Below, piece by piece: positions 1-11,300 of a DNA stretch of 64,000 nt (its first letter is position 1; every line of letters starts with the position of its first letter). Source of the DNA: Caldicoprobacterales bacterium. GTDB lineage: Bacteria > Bacillota > Clostridia > Caldicoprobacterales > UBA3941. The position numbers and the translations under genes are program-made. Location of the stretch: positions 642,397 to 706,396 of the forward strand of contig JBMNFJ010000016.1 in NCBI GenBank assembly GCA_050949255.1. Reading direction: 5' to 3'. A model generated the notes under the pieces. It was given only the letters and a program-made list of their open reading frames with translations. It was not told the origin of the DNA and searched no databases.

Positions 1-255
1 GCGGTAGCTATGGGTGGAGTGGATTGTATAGTATTCACTGCGGGTGTAGGCGAGAACACACCAGAGGTAAGGACGAGGGCTTGCTCGGGTCTGGAATTTA
101 TGGGCATCAAGATCGATGAAGAAAAGAACCATCGGAAATTGGGAAGTCCAGATTGGGACGGAGATATAAGCACGGACGATTCCACAGTTAGAGTCCTGGT
201 AGTACCTACCAATGAGGAACTGATGATAGCCAGGGAAACCATGGACATCATTTAA
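1..255 (+). CDS. ackA: Acetate kinase, C-terminal part (5' truncated by window edge)
   Basis: FTAGVGEN and [14 protein letters not shown] acetate kinase motifs; usual position upstream of DUF177-rpmF. Confidence 0.95.
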   Translation, partial: AVAMGGVDCIVFTAGVGENTPEVRTRACSGLEFMGIKIDEEKNHRKLGSPDWDGDISTDDSTVRVLVVPTNEELMIARETMDII

Positions 256-334
256 AATAGGCTGTGAGAGTATTGTTCTGTATTTGTTTGACAAAAATTT
301 AATAATTCAATGGATAAGATTTTCTGCTGTCGCC

Positions 335-363
335 TTGACAAAACTAGGTGCAATCTATATAAT
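335..363 (+). promoter_or_regulatory. SigmaA promoter for DUF177-rpmF
   Basis: Perfect TTGACA-N17-TATAAT. Confidence 0.85.
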
Positions 364-397
364 TAACCCGTCCGTCTACGAAATAATGGAGTGATAT

Positions 398-922
398 ATG
401 ATGGTTATTGATATTACGGACATCTTAATGGAAGTGGGCTTGGCGAAAGATTTTGAGGGGTATCTATCCTTAGAAGATTTCGTATATCAAGGTGATAATA
501 TCCACTTTGAAAAGCCTTTTTATGTAGAGGGTACCGTAGTAAATGGTGGGGAATTTGTTATGCTAAGTGCTCATGTACAAGGGCATGCAGCTTTGCAATG
601 TGGTATATGCACTGAACCATATGACTATACTGCGGATAATGAAATACAAATAAATCTAAAACCCATACCTGACGAGGATGATCCGGATATCTACGTTTAC
701 AGCAATAATCTTATCCATTTAGATGATATCATAATCCGTGAATTTATTCTAAAATTGCCGGTACAGAGACGGTGTTCTGTGGGGTGTAAGGGTCTTTGTC
801 CTTATTGCGGTGTCAATTTAAACAATGAAGAATGCCAATGTACGGATGAAGACCGTCAACCAATAGACAATAGGTTAAGGATATTGAAAGATTTTTATGC
901 GAATAGGGATAGGGAGGTGTAA
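398..922 (+). CDS. DUF177/YceD family protein
   Basis: CxxC and [13 protein letters not shown]...C motifs, directly upstream of rpmF. Confidence 0.9.
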   Translation: MMVIDITDILMEVGLAKDFEGYLSLEDFVYQGDNIHFEKPFYVEGTVVNGGEFVMLSAHVQGHAALQCGICTEPYDYTADNEIQINLKPIPDEDDPDIYVYSNNLIHLDDIIIREFILKLPVQRRCSVGCKGLCPYCGVNLNNEECQCTDEDRQPIDNRLRILKDFYANRDREV

Positions 923-927
923 TAACC

Positions 928-1107
928 ATGGCTGTGCCAAAGAGAAAAACTTCCAAAGCGAGAAGGGATAAGCGTAGGGCCAATTGGAAGGTGAGTATGC
1001 CTGGTATGACAGAATGCCCACAATGCGGGGCTGTTAAGCTTTCACACAGGGTATGCAAGGAATGTGGATTTTACAACAAAAAACAAGTGATTTCCAATGA
1101 GAGTTAA
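928..1107 (+). CDS. rpmF: 50S ribosomal protein L32 (not in ORF track)
   Basis: Hand translation [20 protein letters not shown]...CPQCG...[10 protein letters not shown]; SD GGAGGTG. Confidence 0.97.
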   Translation: MAVPKRKTSKARRDKRRANWKVSMPGMTECPQCGAVKLSHRVCKECGFYNKKQVISNES

Positions 1108-1159
1108 TCTCAATATATCCTACTAAATTATAACTTGAATATAGGATGAAATAGTTAGA

Positions 1160-1216
1160 AACTGCCTTATGGTAAAGGAGTATTAAAAATCTGCCTACCT
1201 AAGGTAGTTTTTGTTT
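1160..1216 (+). terminator. Probable terminator hairpin after rpmF
   Basis: AACTGCCTTA...TAAGGTAGTT arms followed by T-rich tract; loop is large. Confidence 0.45.
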
Positions 1217-1227
1217 ATAAAAAAGTA

Positions 1228-1256
1228 TTGCATAATAGTATGAAATATTATATACT
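1228..1256 (+). promoter_or_regulatory. SigmaA promoter of fapR-plsX-fab operon
   Basis: TTGCAT-N17-TATACT. Confidence 0.75.
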
Positions 1257-1260
1257 ACCA

Positions 1261-1277
1261 TTAGCACCAGATACTAA
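1261..1277. promoter_or_regulatory. FapR operator
   Basis: TTAGCACCAGATACTAA, one mismatch from the FapR palindrome TTAGTA-N5-TACTAA, overlapping the predicted transcription start of fapR. Confidence 0.85.
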
Positions 1278-1381
1278 ATGCATTTTTGATTTAATATATG
1301 TATTTAAGCGAATTTGTTACTGATGTGTTTAGGCCTAATTTTTACGGCCTTTGATACGAATATTAAAAAGGTGATTAAAAC

Positions 1382-1978
1382 ATGACAAAGGATGTTTTGC
1401 CCAAAAAAGAACGCCAGCGACGATTGATTGAAGATTTGAGCCAAGATCCCTTTATGACAGACGAAGAATTGAGTGAGATGTTCAATGTTAGCATTCAGAC
1501 TATTAGACTTGATAGGCTCGAACTTGGCATACCGGAGCTGAGAGAGCGAATAAAGAATGTAGCTGAAAGAAATTACAGCAAGTTAAGGTCAATTGAAGGC
1601 AAGGAGATAATCGGTGAATTGGTTGATATTGAACTGGGCAAAAGTGGTATATCAATCCTCAATACCACTGACGATATGGTGTTTCAACGCTCCAGGGTGG
1701 TAAGAGGCCATTACATTTTTGCTCAAGCAGAATCCCTTGCTCTGGCAGTTATTGATGCCCCGGTTGCCTTAACCGGAGTGGCCAATATTAAATATAAAAT
1801 CCCCATCTATGCCGGGGATAAACTAGTGGCAAAGGCTGAGGTGGTCCGGCGCAGAGGAAATAAATATTTCGTGTGGGTGAAAATTAAGGTAAGGCAGGAA
1901 GAGGCCTTTAGGGGTAAATTTATTTTGGTTTCCATAGGTCCTGACGGAACAGAGAATGAATCGGGAGGCAACGAATAA
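1382..1978 (+). CDS. fapR: Fatty acid biosynthesis repressor FapR
   Basis: PFMTDEEL...[12 protein letters not shown] and [13 protein letters not shown] thioesterase-like domain. Confidence 0.96.
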   Translation: MTKDVLPKKERQRRLIEDLSQDPFMTDEELSEMFNVSIQTIRLDRLELGIPELRERIKNVAERNYSKLRSIEGKEIIGELVDIELGKSGISILNTTDDMVFQRSRVVRGHYIFAQAESLALAVIDAPVALTGVANIKYKIPIYAGDKLVAKAEVVRRRGNKYFVWVKIKVRQEEAFRGKFILVSIGPDGTENESGGNE

Positions 1979-2982
1979 TGAGAATAATAGTAGATGCTAT
2001 GGGAGGAGATTATGCTCCGGTTGAAATTCTCAAGGGTTGTATCAATGCCGTTGACGAATACGGGATCCCTTTGACCCTGGTTGGGCAGGAAGAAGTTATA
2101 AAAGAGCATTTGCAGGCATTGGGAGCATCGTTGGAATCCTTTGAAATAATAAATGCCACGGAAATCATAGGGCCTGATGAGGTCCCAGTCACTGCAATTA
2201 GACGTAAAAAGGATTCTTCTATGGTAAAAGCCTTTGAGTTATTAAGGCAGGATCCAGAGAGTGTATTTATTTCAGCTGGCAGTACTGGTGCTCTAATGGC
2301 CGGAGGATTACTAAAGGTAGGCCGTATTAAGGGCATAAACAGACCAGCTCTGGCACCCTTAATTCCTACCAAGGAAAAATCGGTGCTTCTAGTAGACGCT
2401 GGCGCAAATGCTGAATGTAAACCGGAGAATTTAGTACAATTTGCTGTAATGGGATCGGTATATATGGAGCAGGTACTGGACAGAGAAAATCCCAGCGTTG
2501 GTTTGGTCAATATCGGAACTGAGGAAGGCAAGGGCAACGAACTGACCAAGGAGACCTACATACGCCTAAAAGAACAAGGGAATATAAACTTTTTTGGGAA
2601 TGTAGAGGCTAGGGATATACCGGCCGGAATAGTTGATATCGTTGTATGTGACGGTTTTACCGGTAATATAATTCTGAAGCTCACTGAGGGTTTGGCAACT
2701 AATCTGTTTGCCATAATGAAGGAAGAATTCACCAAGGGTCTTATACCTAAAATTGGGGCCTTACTGTTAAAACCTAGCCTAAAGGGATTGAAGGCCACCA
2801 TGGACTATGCGGAACACGGAGGCGCCCCTCTTCTTGGGATAAACGGTGGAATTATAAAGGCCCATGGCAGCTCCGACGCCAGGGCAATAAAAAACGCCAT
2901 ACGGCAAGGCAAAAAATTCGCTGAACAACAAGTATTGAAAAGCATCAAAAGCAAGATCGTCGGAGCCGGTGAGGAGGTATAA
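1978..2982 (+). CDS. plsX: Phosphate acyltransferase PlsX
   Basis: DAMGGD start, DAGANAE, DGFTGN, KAHGSS motifs. Confidence 0.97.
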   Translation: MRIIVDAMGGDYAPVEILKGCINAVDEYGIPLTLVGQEEVIKEHLQALGASLESFEIINATEIIGPDEVPVTAIRRKKDSSMVKAFELLRQDPESVFISAGSTGALMAGGLLKVGRIKGINRPALAPLIPTKEKSVLLVDAGANAECKPENLVQFAVMGSVYMEQVLDRENPSVGLVNIGTEEGKGNELTKETYIRLKEQGNINFFGNVEARDIPAGIVDIVVCDGFTGNIILKLTEGLATNLFAIMKEEFTKGLIPKIGALLLKPSLKGLKATMDYAEHGGAPLLGINGGIIKAHGSSDARAIKNAIRQGKKFAEQQVLKSIKSKIVGAGEEV

Positions 2983-2985
2983 AAC

Positions 2986-3981
2986 ATGGGGTTGCTATAC
3001 CATGGGGGTATAACAGGTACAGGCAGCTATGTACCTGAAAAGGTAATAACAAATAAGGATTTAGAAAAGATCGTTGATACTTCCGATGAATGGATTGTAA
3101 CACGTACCGGTATCAGAGAGAGACGCATATCCGATATAACCATGGCGACATCGGATATGGCAAACATTGCTGCAACAAGAGCGATCGAGAATGCAGGTCT
3201 ATCCCCAGAGGATATTGATCTTATAATATTGGCAACAGTAACCCCTGATAGCAATGTACCCTCTACAGCTTGTATTGTACAACATAATATTGGAGCAGTG
3301 AATGCGGCTGCATTTGATATAAATGCTGCCTGTTCAGGTTTTATTTATGGATTGATAACGGCCAACCAATTTATAGCCACAGGTATATATAGAAATATTC
3401 TGGTTATTGGAGCAGAGAGTCTCAGCAAATTTACAGACTGGAGTGACAGGAATACCTGTATACTCTTTGGAGACGGTGCAGGTGCCGTGGTGGTAAGTAG
3501 GGTTGACAAGGGGTTTGGTATCTTATCCCAATATTTAGGTGCTGATGGCAGCGGTAGCGATCTTCTAAAGATAGAGGCAGGAGGATCAAGAAAGCCTGCA
3601 TCATTGGAAACCATAGAGCAAAGACTTCATTACTTCTACATGGATGGGAGCGAAGTTTTTAAGTTTGCAGTACGTATTATGGCTTCTGCATCGGAAGAGG
3701 TCGTGAAACAGGCGGGTTTAGCTAACGGTGACATAGATCTGTTGGTACCGCACCAGGCTAACATTAGGATCATAGATGCAGCGAGAAAAAGATTGGGGTT
3801 GAACAGGGAAAAGGTCTTCGTTAACTTGGATCGGCTGGGTAACATGTCTGCCGCCTCGATACCTGTTGCCCTTGATGAAGCTGTAGGATCGGGCTCTATC
3901 AAAAAGGGTAATAACGTACTTGTGGTAGGCTTCGGTGGAGGATTGACATGGGCATCAGCAATTATGAAATGGGCATATTAG
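2986..3981 (+). CDS. fabH: Beta-ketoacyl-ACP synthase III
   Basis: AACSGF, HQAN, GNMSAAS catalytic motifs. Confidence 0.97.
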   Translation: MGLLYHGGITGTGSYVPEKVITNKDLEKIVDTSDEWIVTRTGIRERRISDITMATSDMANIAATRAIENAGLSPEDIDLIILATVTPDSNVPSTACIVQHNIGAVNAAAFDINAACSGFIYGLITANQFIATGIYRNILVIGAESLSKFTDWSDRNTCILFGDGAGAVVVSRVDKGFGILSQYLGADGSGSDLLKIEAGGSRKPASLETIEQRLHYFYMDGSEVFKFAVRIMASASEEVVKQAGLANGDIDLLVPHQANIRIIDAARKRLGLNREKVFVNLDRLGNMSAASIPVALDEAVGSGSIKKGNNVLVVGFGGGLTWASAIMKWAY

Positions 3982-3993
3982 AAGGAGACGGAT

Positions 3994-4930
3994 ATGAAAA
4001 ACTTCGCTTTACTTTTCCCCGGTCAGGGAGCACAATATGTGGGCATGGGCAAGGAACTCTATGAAAACTACCAAAGTGTTAAGATACTTTTTGACAAGGC
4101 CAATGATATCTTGAAGGAGGATATTACGAATCTTTGTTTTAATGGTCCGGAAGATGAGTTAATGAAAACAGAGAATACCCAACCTGCAATACTTCTTGTA
4201 AGTATAGCGGCCATGACAGTTCTTAGGGAACATGGTTTTACCCCTACTATGGCAGCAGGGCTGAGCCTGGGTGAATATGGGGCATTAGTGGCGGCTGGTG
4301 TACTGGATCTTGAGGATGCTCTTCCATTGGTTCGTAAGAGGGGACAGTTTATGCAAGAGGCAGTTCCTTTTGGTGTAGGGGCTATGGCTGCAATAATAGG
4401 TCTGTCTACTGAAAAGGTAGAAGAATGCTGCCGCCTTGCCCAAAATGAGGGAATGGTTAGCCCGGCGAATTACAATTGCCCTGGTCAGATAGTTGTGTCC
4501 GGATACAAGCCGGCTGTAGAAAAAGTATGTGCCCTGGCAAAGGACATGGGTGCAAAAAGGGCCTTGATGCTTGCAGTAAGTGCTCCTTTCCACTCTCCTC
4601 TTCTTGAACCGGCGGGATTAAAGCTGGAGCTGGAGCTAAAAAAGATACGGATTAAATCGCCCAAGTATAGATGTGGTATCCAATGTCCATGCTACAGTCG
4701 AAAGTGATCCATCAAAGATAGAAAAAAATTTGGTATTGCAAGTTAGCAGTCCTGTAAAATGGGAAGGAAGTGTCCGATATATGATTGATCAGGGCATCGA
4801 CACCTATGTAGAGGTAGGCCCGGGAAGAACGCTTAATGGATTTCTAAGAAAAATATCCCGGGATGTTCGAGGATATAATATAGAGGATATGGATTCGCTC
4901 AATAAAACATTGCAGGGATTGGGGGTTTAG
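3994..4930 (+). CDS. fabD: Malonyl-CoA:ACP transacylase, split by a one-base frameshift near 4660-4662 (probably a sequence error)
   Basis: FPGQG, GLSLGE, SAPFH in ORF 3994-4707; VSNV...VKW...EVGPG C-terminus in the +1 frame (4673-4930). Confidence 0.9.
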
Positions 4931-4932
4931 AC

Positions 4933-5676
4933 ATGGATTTATCCGGAAAGGTAGCCCTGGTTACGGGAGCTTCCAGGGGCATTGGAAGGGCTATTGCCAT
5001 AAGACTGGCCAAATCAGGAGCTGCCGTGGGCATAAATTATTCATCAAATACAGAAGCTGCCGAGGAGGTTGTAAGTGTCATAGAAAAGGATGGTGGTAGG
5101 GCTATTGCCTTACCTGGTGATGTATCTGATGCCAACACAGTGGCTGAATTAATGGCCCAAATTAACGACAGATTGGGGACATTGGATATTCTGGTGAACA
5201 ATGCTGGTATTACCCGGGACGGCCTTTTAATGAGGATGAAGGAAGAAGATTGGGACCGGGTTATGGACATCAATCTGAAGGGAGTTTTTAATTGTACCAG
5301 GACAGCTTCCAGGATAATGATGAAAAAGCGAAGCGGTAAAATTATTAATATTTCCTCGGTTATTGGGATAGCTGGAAATGCAGGACAATCAAATTATGCT
5401 GCAGCCAAGGCGGGAATAATAGGTTTTTCTAAGTCAATAGCCAAAGAATTGGCGCCACGTAATGTACAGGTTAATGTGGTAGCTCCTGGGTTTATCGATA
5501 CCGATATGACCAGGGTGTTGTCAGACGAAATAAGAAATGATATTTTATCCAAAATACCCCTTAGAAGGTTTGGAAATCCAGACGATGTGGCAGCATTAGT
5601 GGCCTTTCTGGCATCAGATTACAGCTCATATATAACAGGGCAAGTAATCAATGTTGACGGTGGAATGATAATGTAA
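4933..5676 (+). CDS. fabG: 3-oxoacyl-ACP reductase
   Basis: TGASRGIG, NNAGITRD, YAAAK SDR motifs. Confidence 0.97.
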   Translation: MDLSGKVALVTGASRGIGRAIAIRLAKSGAAVGINYSSNTEAAEEVVSVIEKDGGRAIALPGDVSDANTVAELMAQINDRLGTLDILVNNAGITRDGLLMRMKEEDWDRVMDINLKGVFNCTRTASRIMMKKRSGKIINISSVIGIAGNAGQSNYAAAKAGIIGFSKSIAKELAPRNVQVNVVAPGFIDTDMTRVLSDEIRNDILSKIPLRRFGNPDDVAALVAFLASDYSSYITGQVINVDGGMIM

Positions 5677-5769
5677 TATTATACGATATAATCAATCTTC
5701 CACTGACTAGGAGTGTAGTATAATATTTCTATTCGAAAAGACAGGAATCATTGAAAGGAGGTGTAATGC

Positions 5770-5997
5770 ATGATATTTGATAGAATAAAGGAAATAATTG
5801 TTGAGCAACTGGGTGTAGAGCCAGATATAGTTACTATGGAGGCATCATTTATTGATGATTTGGATGCGGACTCATTGGATATTGTTGAATTAATTATGGC
5901 TTTGGAAGAAGAATTTGATATGGAAATCCCTGATGAGGAAGCAGAAAAGATTTCAACCGTAGGCGATGTCATCGATTACATTAAGAGCCATTCATAA
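5770..5997 (+). CDS. acpP: Acyl carrier protein
   Basis: [12 protein letters not shown] phosphopantetheine site. Confidence 0.97.
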   Translation: MIFDRIKEIIVEQLGVEPDIVTMEASFIDDLDADSLDIVELIMALEEEFDMEIPDEEAEKISTVGDVIDYIKSHS

Positions 5998-6012
5998 GGG
6001 CTAAACCATGGT

Positions 6013-6041
6013 TTGGAGCCTTCTGTATTGGAAGGCTCCAA
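6013..6041 (+). terminator. 11-bp hairpin after acpP (weak terminator or 3' stabiliser)
   Basis: TTGGAGCCTTC-N7-GAAGGCTCCAA; poor U-tract. Confidence 0.6.
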
Positions 6042-6160
6042 TACTTAATTCTATTAGAAATACCATATCCTGATCCATCATATAACGTACTTTTTTAAAC
6101 TTCCTTATTGGAATTATATATTCATATTTTAACGCAATAGATAGCATGGGGGAGATTTCT

Positions 6161-7402
6161 ATGCCAAAAAGAGTGGTAATTACAGGATTAGGGGCTATAA
6201 CCCCTTTAGGTAATGATGTGGATACCTTTTGGGATTCGTTGAAAAAAGGGAAAAACGGAATAGATATAATAGACAGATTTGATGTTGAAAAATTTACATC
6301 AAAGATGGCAGGTTTGGTTAGGGATTTTGATCCAACAGATTATATTGATCGCAAGGAAGCCAGAAGAATGGACAGGTTTACTCAGTTTGCTGTCGCGGCA
6401 TCTCGTGCTGCTATGGAAAATGCAGATCTTGATTCTAAGAAAATAGATGCAGAACGATTTGGAGTAATTATGGGAACGGGTATTGGTGGCCTTGAAACCT
6501 TAGAGCATCAGACAAATATTCTCCTTACCAAAGGACCAAACAGGGTAAGTCCATTTTTTGTCCCTATGATGATTGCTAACATGGCTGCAGGTCAAGTTTC
6601 TATAGCCGTTGGTGCCAAAGGTATAAATACTACAGTGGTAACTGCTTGTGCTTCCTCAACCAACGCCATAGGAGAGGCATTTAAAGCCATTAGATTTGGG
6701 GACGCCGATGTGATCTTAACAGGCGGATGCGAAGCCACAATTACCCCCTTGGCTTTGGCTGGATTTTGTTCTATGAAAGCCCTATCTACGCGAAATGAGG
6801 ACCCAAAGACAGCATCCAGGCCCTTTGACGCCCATAGGGATGGGTTTGTAATGGGAGAGGGAGCCGGTATACTTATCATGGAAAGCTATGACCATGCGGT
6901 GAAAAGAGGAGCTAACATTTTAGCAGAAGTCGTGGGGTATGGTTCAACTGCAGATGCCTATCATATTACGGCACCGGCACCGGATGGGGAAGGCGGCGCT
7001 AGAGCTATGAAAGAGGCCATTCGCTATGCTGGAATTGAACCGACAATGATAGACTATATTAATGCTCATGGGACTTCAACCCCATATAATGACAAGTATG
7101 AAACTGAGGCAATTAAGACCGTATTTGGGGATCACGCCTATAAGCTTAAAATAAGTTCAACCAAATCCATGACGGGACATTTACTGGGTGCAGCCGGCGG
7201 AATTGAAGCCATAGCGGTGGTAAAAATGCTACAGGAGCAATATATAGCACCTACAATAAATTATACAACTCCCGATCCCGAATGTGACTTGGATTATGTG
7301 CCAAATGTAGGCTCTAAGGCTGATATAGAGTTTGCCTTATCTAATTCTTTTGGGTTTGGTGGCCAAAATGCTTCTATTATTCTAAAACGCTTTACTGAAT
7401 AA
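6161..7402 (+). CDS. fabF: Beta-ketoacyl-ACP synthase II
   Basis: [27 protein letters not shown]; start moved to ATG 6161 after SD GGGGGAG. Confidence 0.97.
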   Translation: MPKRVVITGLGAITPLGNDVDTFWDSLKKGKNGIDIIDRFDVEKFTSKMAGLVRDFDPTDYIDRKEARRMDRFTQFAVAASRAAMENADLDSKKIDAERFGVIMGTGIGGLETLEHQTNILLTKGPNRVSPFFVPMMIANMAAGQVSIAVGAKGINTTVVTACASSTNAIGEAFKAIRFGDADVILTGGCEATITPLALAGFCSMKALSTRNEDPKTASRPFDAHRDGFVMGEGAGILIMESYDHAVKRGANILAEVVGYGSTADAYHITAPAPDGEGGARAMKEAIRYAGIEPTMIDYINAHGTSTPYNDKYETEAIKTVFGDHAYKLKISSTKSMTGHLLGAAGGIEAIAVVKMLQEQYIAPTINYTTPDPECDLDYVPNVGSKADIEFALSNSFGFGGQNASIILKRFTE

Positions 7403-7415
7403 ACACATAAATACT

Positions 7416-7445
7416 AAGGGGCTCCCATTAGAGCCCTTTTTATTT
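7416..7445 (+). terminator. Intrinsic terminator after fabF
   Basis: GGGCTC-N6-GAGCCC followed by TTTTTATTT. Confidence 0.8.
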
Positions 7446-7480
7446 AGAGTTAGGTTATAGAAATAATAGCTCCTACAATC

Positions 7481-7509
7481 TTGCACCATATGATACTAAA
7501 AACTATAAT
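7481..7509 (+). promoter_or_regulatory. SigmaA promoter for rnc
   Basis: TTGCAC-N17-TATAAT. Confidence 0.65.
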
Positions 7510-7548
7510 AGGGATTAGAAAAATGAACAATAACCAAGGAGAGTATTA

Positions 7549-8250
7549 ATGAGTAGGATCCCAAATCACAATATTGATGAACTGGAAAAAAGGATCGGAT
7601 ACAAGTTTAAGAATCCCGAACTATTGTTAAATGCCTTAACCCATAGCTCGTACGCAAATGAAAACCGGGGAAGAATATCTGATAACGAGCGCTTGGAATT
7701 TTTGGGAGATGCTGTTTTGGGCTTGGTAATAGCCGATTACCTCTATAGACTTTTTGAAGAGCATAAGGAGGGAGACCTTACCAAGATCAGGGCAAGTATA
7801 GTTTCGGAAGAGCCGTTGAGCCTAATTGCGCGTGATATTGGATTGGGCCAATTCCTCCTTTTGGGTAAAGGGGAGGCAAATACAGGTGGTAGGGATCGGG
7901 ATTCTGTATTGGCAGATGCAGTGGAAGCCGTTATAGGGGCAGTGTACCTGGAGGCCGGAATTAATCAGGCAAAGGAGCTTATAATAGGTCTATTTTCTTC
8001 TTTGATGGAGAAAAGCTTTCAAGGTAAGGGATTCCAGGATTACAAGACCAACCTACAGGAAATGCTGCAGGCAAAGGGCGAAGAGGAAATAGTATACCGG
8101 GTAATCAAAGAATCAGGACCCGATCATAACAAAGAATTTGTCGTTGAGGTGCTATGTGGTAGGCGAGTTATAGGAAGAGGAAAAGGAAAAAGCAAGAAAG
8201 AGGCTGAGCAACGGGCAGCCAAGGAGGCTTTGGAGAAAATACATGGATAG
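7549..8250 (+). CDS. rnc: Ribonuclease III
   Basis: NERLEFLGDA signature and C-terminal dsRBD. Confidence 0.98.
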   Translation: MSRIPNHNIDELEKRIGYKFKNPELLLNALTHSSYANENRGRISDNERLEFLGDAVLGLVIADYLYRLFEEHKEGDLTKIRASIVSEEPLSLIARDIGLGQFLLLGKGEANTGGRDRDSVLADAVEAVIGAVYLEAGINQAKELIIGLFSSLMEKSFQGKGFQDYKTNLQEMLQAKGEEEIVYRVIKESGPDHNKEFVVEVLCGRRVIGRGKGKSKKEAEQRAAKEALEKIHG

Positions 8251-8370
8251 TTGACTTCCCATACATGGAATATATCCACCAGGGGTAGCCGTTAAAGGGA
8301 TTTTATGCTAAAATTGATTAGTTATATCAGTTTTTTCTTTGATAATGCCTAAGATAAGAGGTGTATATGA

Positions 8371-11300
8371 TTGCTATTAAAAAGACTTGAAATGTATGGT
8401 TTTAAGTCCTTCGCCGATAGAATCCAGATCGAATTTGACAAGGGTATTACTGCAATAGTAGGCCCCAATGGAAGCGGTAAAAGCAATGTAGCCGATGCAG
8501 TCAGATGGGTGTTAGGCGAACAGAGTGCTAAGTCCCTAAGGGGTAGCAAGATGGAGGATGTAATATTTTCAGGAACTCAGGAGAGAAAACCTTTGGGTTT
8601 TGCTGAGGTGTCACTAACATTGGATAATACCCAGGGCACTATACCAGTGGAGTATACTGAAGTAACCATAACAAGAAGGGTTTTTAGATCAGGAGAGAGT
8701 GAATATTATATAAACCGTTCACCTTGCAGATTGAAGGATATTACAGAACTATTTATGGATACAGGTGTGGGCAAGGAAGGATACTCAATTATTGGACAGG
8801 GAAGAATTGACGGGATACTGAGCAGCCAACCTGAAAATAGAAGACAGATATTTGAAGAGGCGGCTGGTATTGTAAAATACAAGAGCAGAAAGCAAGAATC
8901 AGAGAGAAAGCTTGAAAGTGTTCAGGAAAATATAATTAGAATCAATGATATACTTAGGGAAATTAGTAATCAATTGGGTCCCTTGGAGGATCAGAGTAAG
9001 GCGGCGAGAGAATATTTGGACCTACGGGACAAATTGAAATACTATGAGTTAAACAGATTTATTATAGAATATGACAATTACAGAGAGAGAATAGATCGGA
9101 TAAAGAATAATGTAGCGCTATTGAATCAGGATATCACTAACCATCGGTTGAATATTCGGAATTTAGAGGATAAAAACAGTGATTTAGACAACAGCATAAC
9201 TAAGCTGGACGAAATAATTCAAAATCTTTCCCATGAAAGGTACAAAAAATCAAACGAAATCGAGAGGTTGAAAGGTAAGATAGATGTTATCAAGGAGAGA
9301 GCTATCCAATTGGATAGGGAGAAATCCAGGTTGGAAAAGGAAATAGCAGCAGAGGAGCATTCAATTACGGAAAAGCAACAGGTGCGTGTTGAAATCCTTA
9401 GGGAGTTGGATGATAAGAAAAAGGGACAAGACTTGATTCTCGAAAAATCTGCTAAACTTAATGCGGAATTGGAAAAAATACATAAGAAATTAACCTTACA
9501 TCATCAGGAAGTTCAGCAAAGCAAGGACAAAGTAATGGAAATCTGGAATGCATTGTCCGAGACGAAAAATACAATAACCAAATATAGAACTTTAAAAGGT
9601 AATTTAGAAGAACAGCGATTGCAGACGAGTATTCGACTGAAAGAATTAAAGGAGAATAGGACGGTCCTCAATCAAAGGCTTATAGAGAATACTTACCAAT
9701 TTGAAGATCTCATGGAAGCGGAGAAGTCAAAGAAACATGAGAAGCTCGTTTTGGAACAAAAGATAGAAAGCCTGGGACAGGAACTTGGTAAACTGGATAA
9801 CAAGCTACAACTACAGAGACAGCAGCTGGAAGGGTATAAGTCCAAGCTAAAGCTTCTTGTAGACATGGTTAAAACATATGACGGCTTCCAAAAAACGATT
9901 AGAAATATATTGGTAGAATGTAAAAACAATTCAATATTGGAAAAGAAGGTTTGCGGTGTAGTAGCAGAGCTAATTGATGTACCGAAGCAATACGAGGTGG
10001 CCATAGAAACAGCCTTGGGACCAAGCCTACAGCATATAGTAACTTACAATGAACAAGATGCTAAATATATGATTGAGTTTTTAAGGAAAAGAAACTGGGG
10101 AAGGGCTACCTTTCTTCCCATATCGTCTATTAAACCCAGGTTCCTCAACGATCGGGAACTAGGGGTATTGTCTATGAATGGGTGCCTGGGAAGGGGGATA
10201 GACCTTGTAAACTTTGATCCTAAATATACGGATATTTTTAGCAATCTACTAGGAAGAATAATTATTGCCCAGAATTTAGATCAAGCCGTGGCCATTGCAA
10301 AAAAATACTCATATTCCTTTAGGGTTGTCACTCTGGATGGGGATATTATTAATACCGGAGGCTCAATGACAGGCGGGAGTATAAACAGAAGGAATGTAGG
10401 GATTATTGGGCGGAGCAGAGAAATAAACGATCTAAAGAATCAGATTACTCATTTGGTAACGGACATGAAACATGGTGTTACCCAAAGAGAAGCATGTCTA
10501 AAGGAATATAATAAGCTGGCAGATGCCTTAAAGATTATATCGAAGGAAATTCACGAACTTGAGATAGAAAAGGCCACTAGCAGCGAAAGCCTGGAGGGGG
10601 CCCATAATCAGATAAGGCAAATTGATGAAGAAATCCAAAGAGTAAATATAGCCAATAGAGACATAACCCTTGAGATCGAGAGGTTGCAAGAATCCATTGG
10701 AGAACAGGAGAACCTGATTAAAGAATTGGAGCTCCGAATTGATAGAGCGCAAGCATCAGTTCTTGATACTGACTCCGTCATTGGGGATATCAATAGGCAG
10801 AAAGAGCAAATGGATGAAGAGTTAACCAAGGTTAGGGTTGAGATGACAGGTTTAGAGCATGAAATAGGCTATATAGAAGCAAAAATAGTTCAACTGGATG
10901 ATGAAATAGGCTTTCATAAGCAATCCATTAGGGAAAAATCTAAGGCTATGGAGGATATCTCCGATACTACAATTATATATGGACGCGAGATTGACGAATA
11001 TACAGATAAGATAGAGAAGCTTAGCAAGGAAGTAGAGGAAGCAGGTAGGGAATTAAGCCAGAGACAAGCTGATAAAGTAGCCTTGACAGAAGAGATAAGT
11101 GCCGTTGAAAAGCGAATAAAGGAATTGACCAAGACTGTCGATGAGATCCGTGAAAGAAGGCACAGCATGGAAGTCCAGTTGTCTAGAACTGAGATTGAGC
11201 TAGAAAATATCCAGAACAATATTTGGCAAGATTATGAGATTTCCTATGCCAACGCCTTAAGATACAGGGATAGCCAATTGGGATTAACCCGGGTTAAGAA

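Noticed and set aside
4638-4644. A_AAA_AAG slippery heptamer in fabD as a programmed frameshift
   Set aside because: It promotes -1 shifts, but the downstream fabD half is in the +1 frame, and homology places the break at 4660-62.
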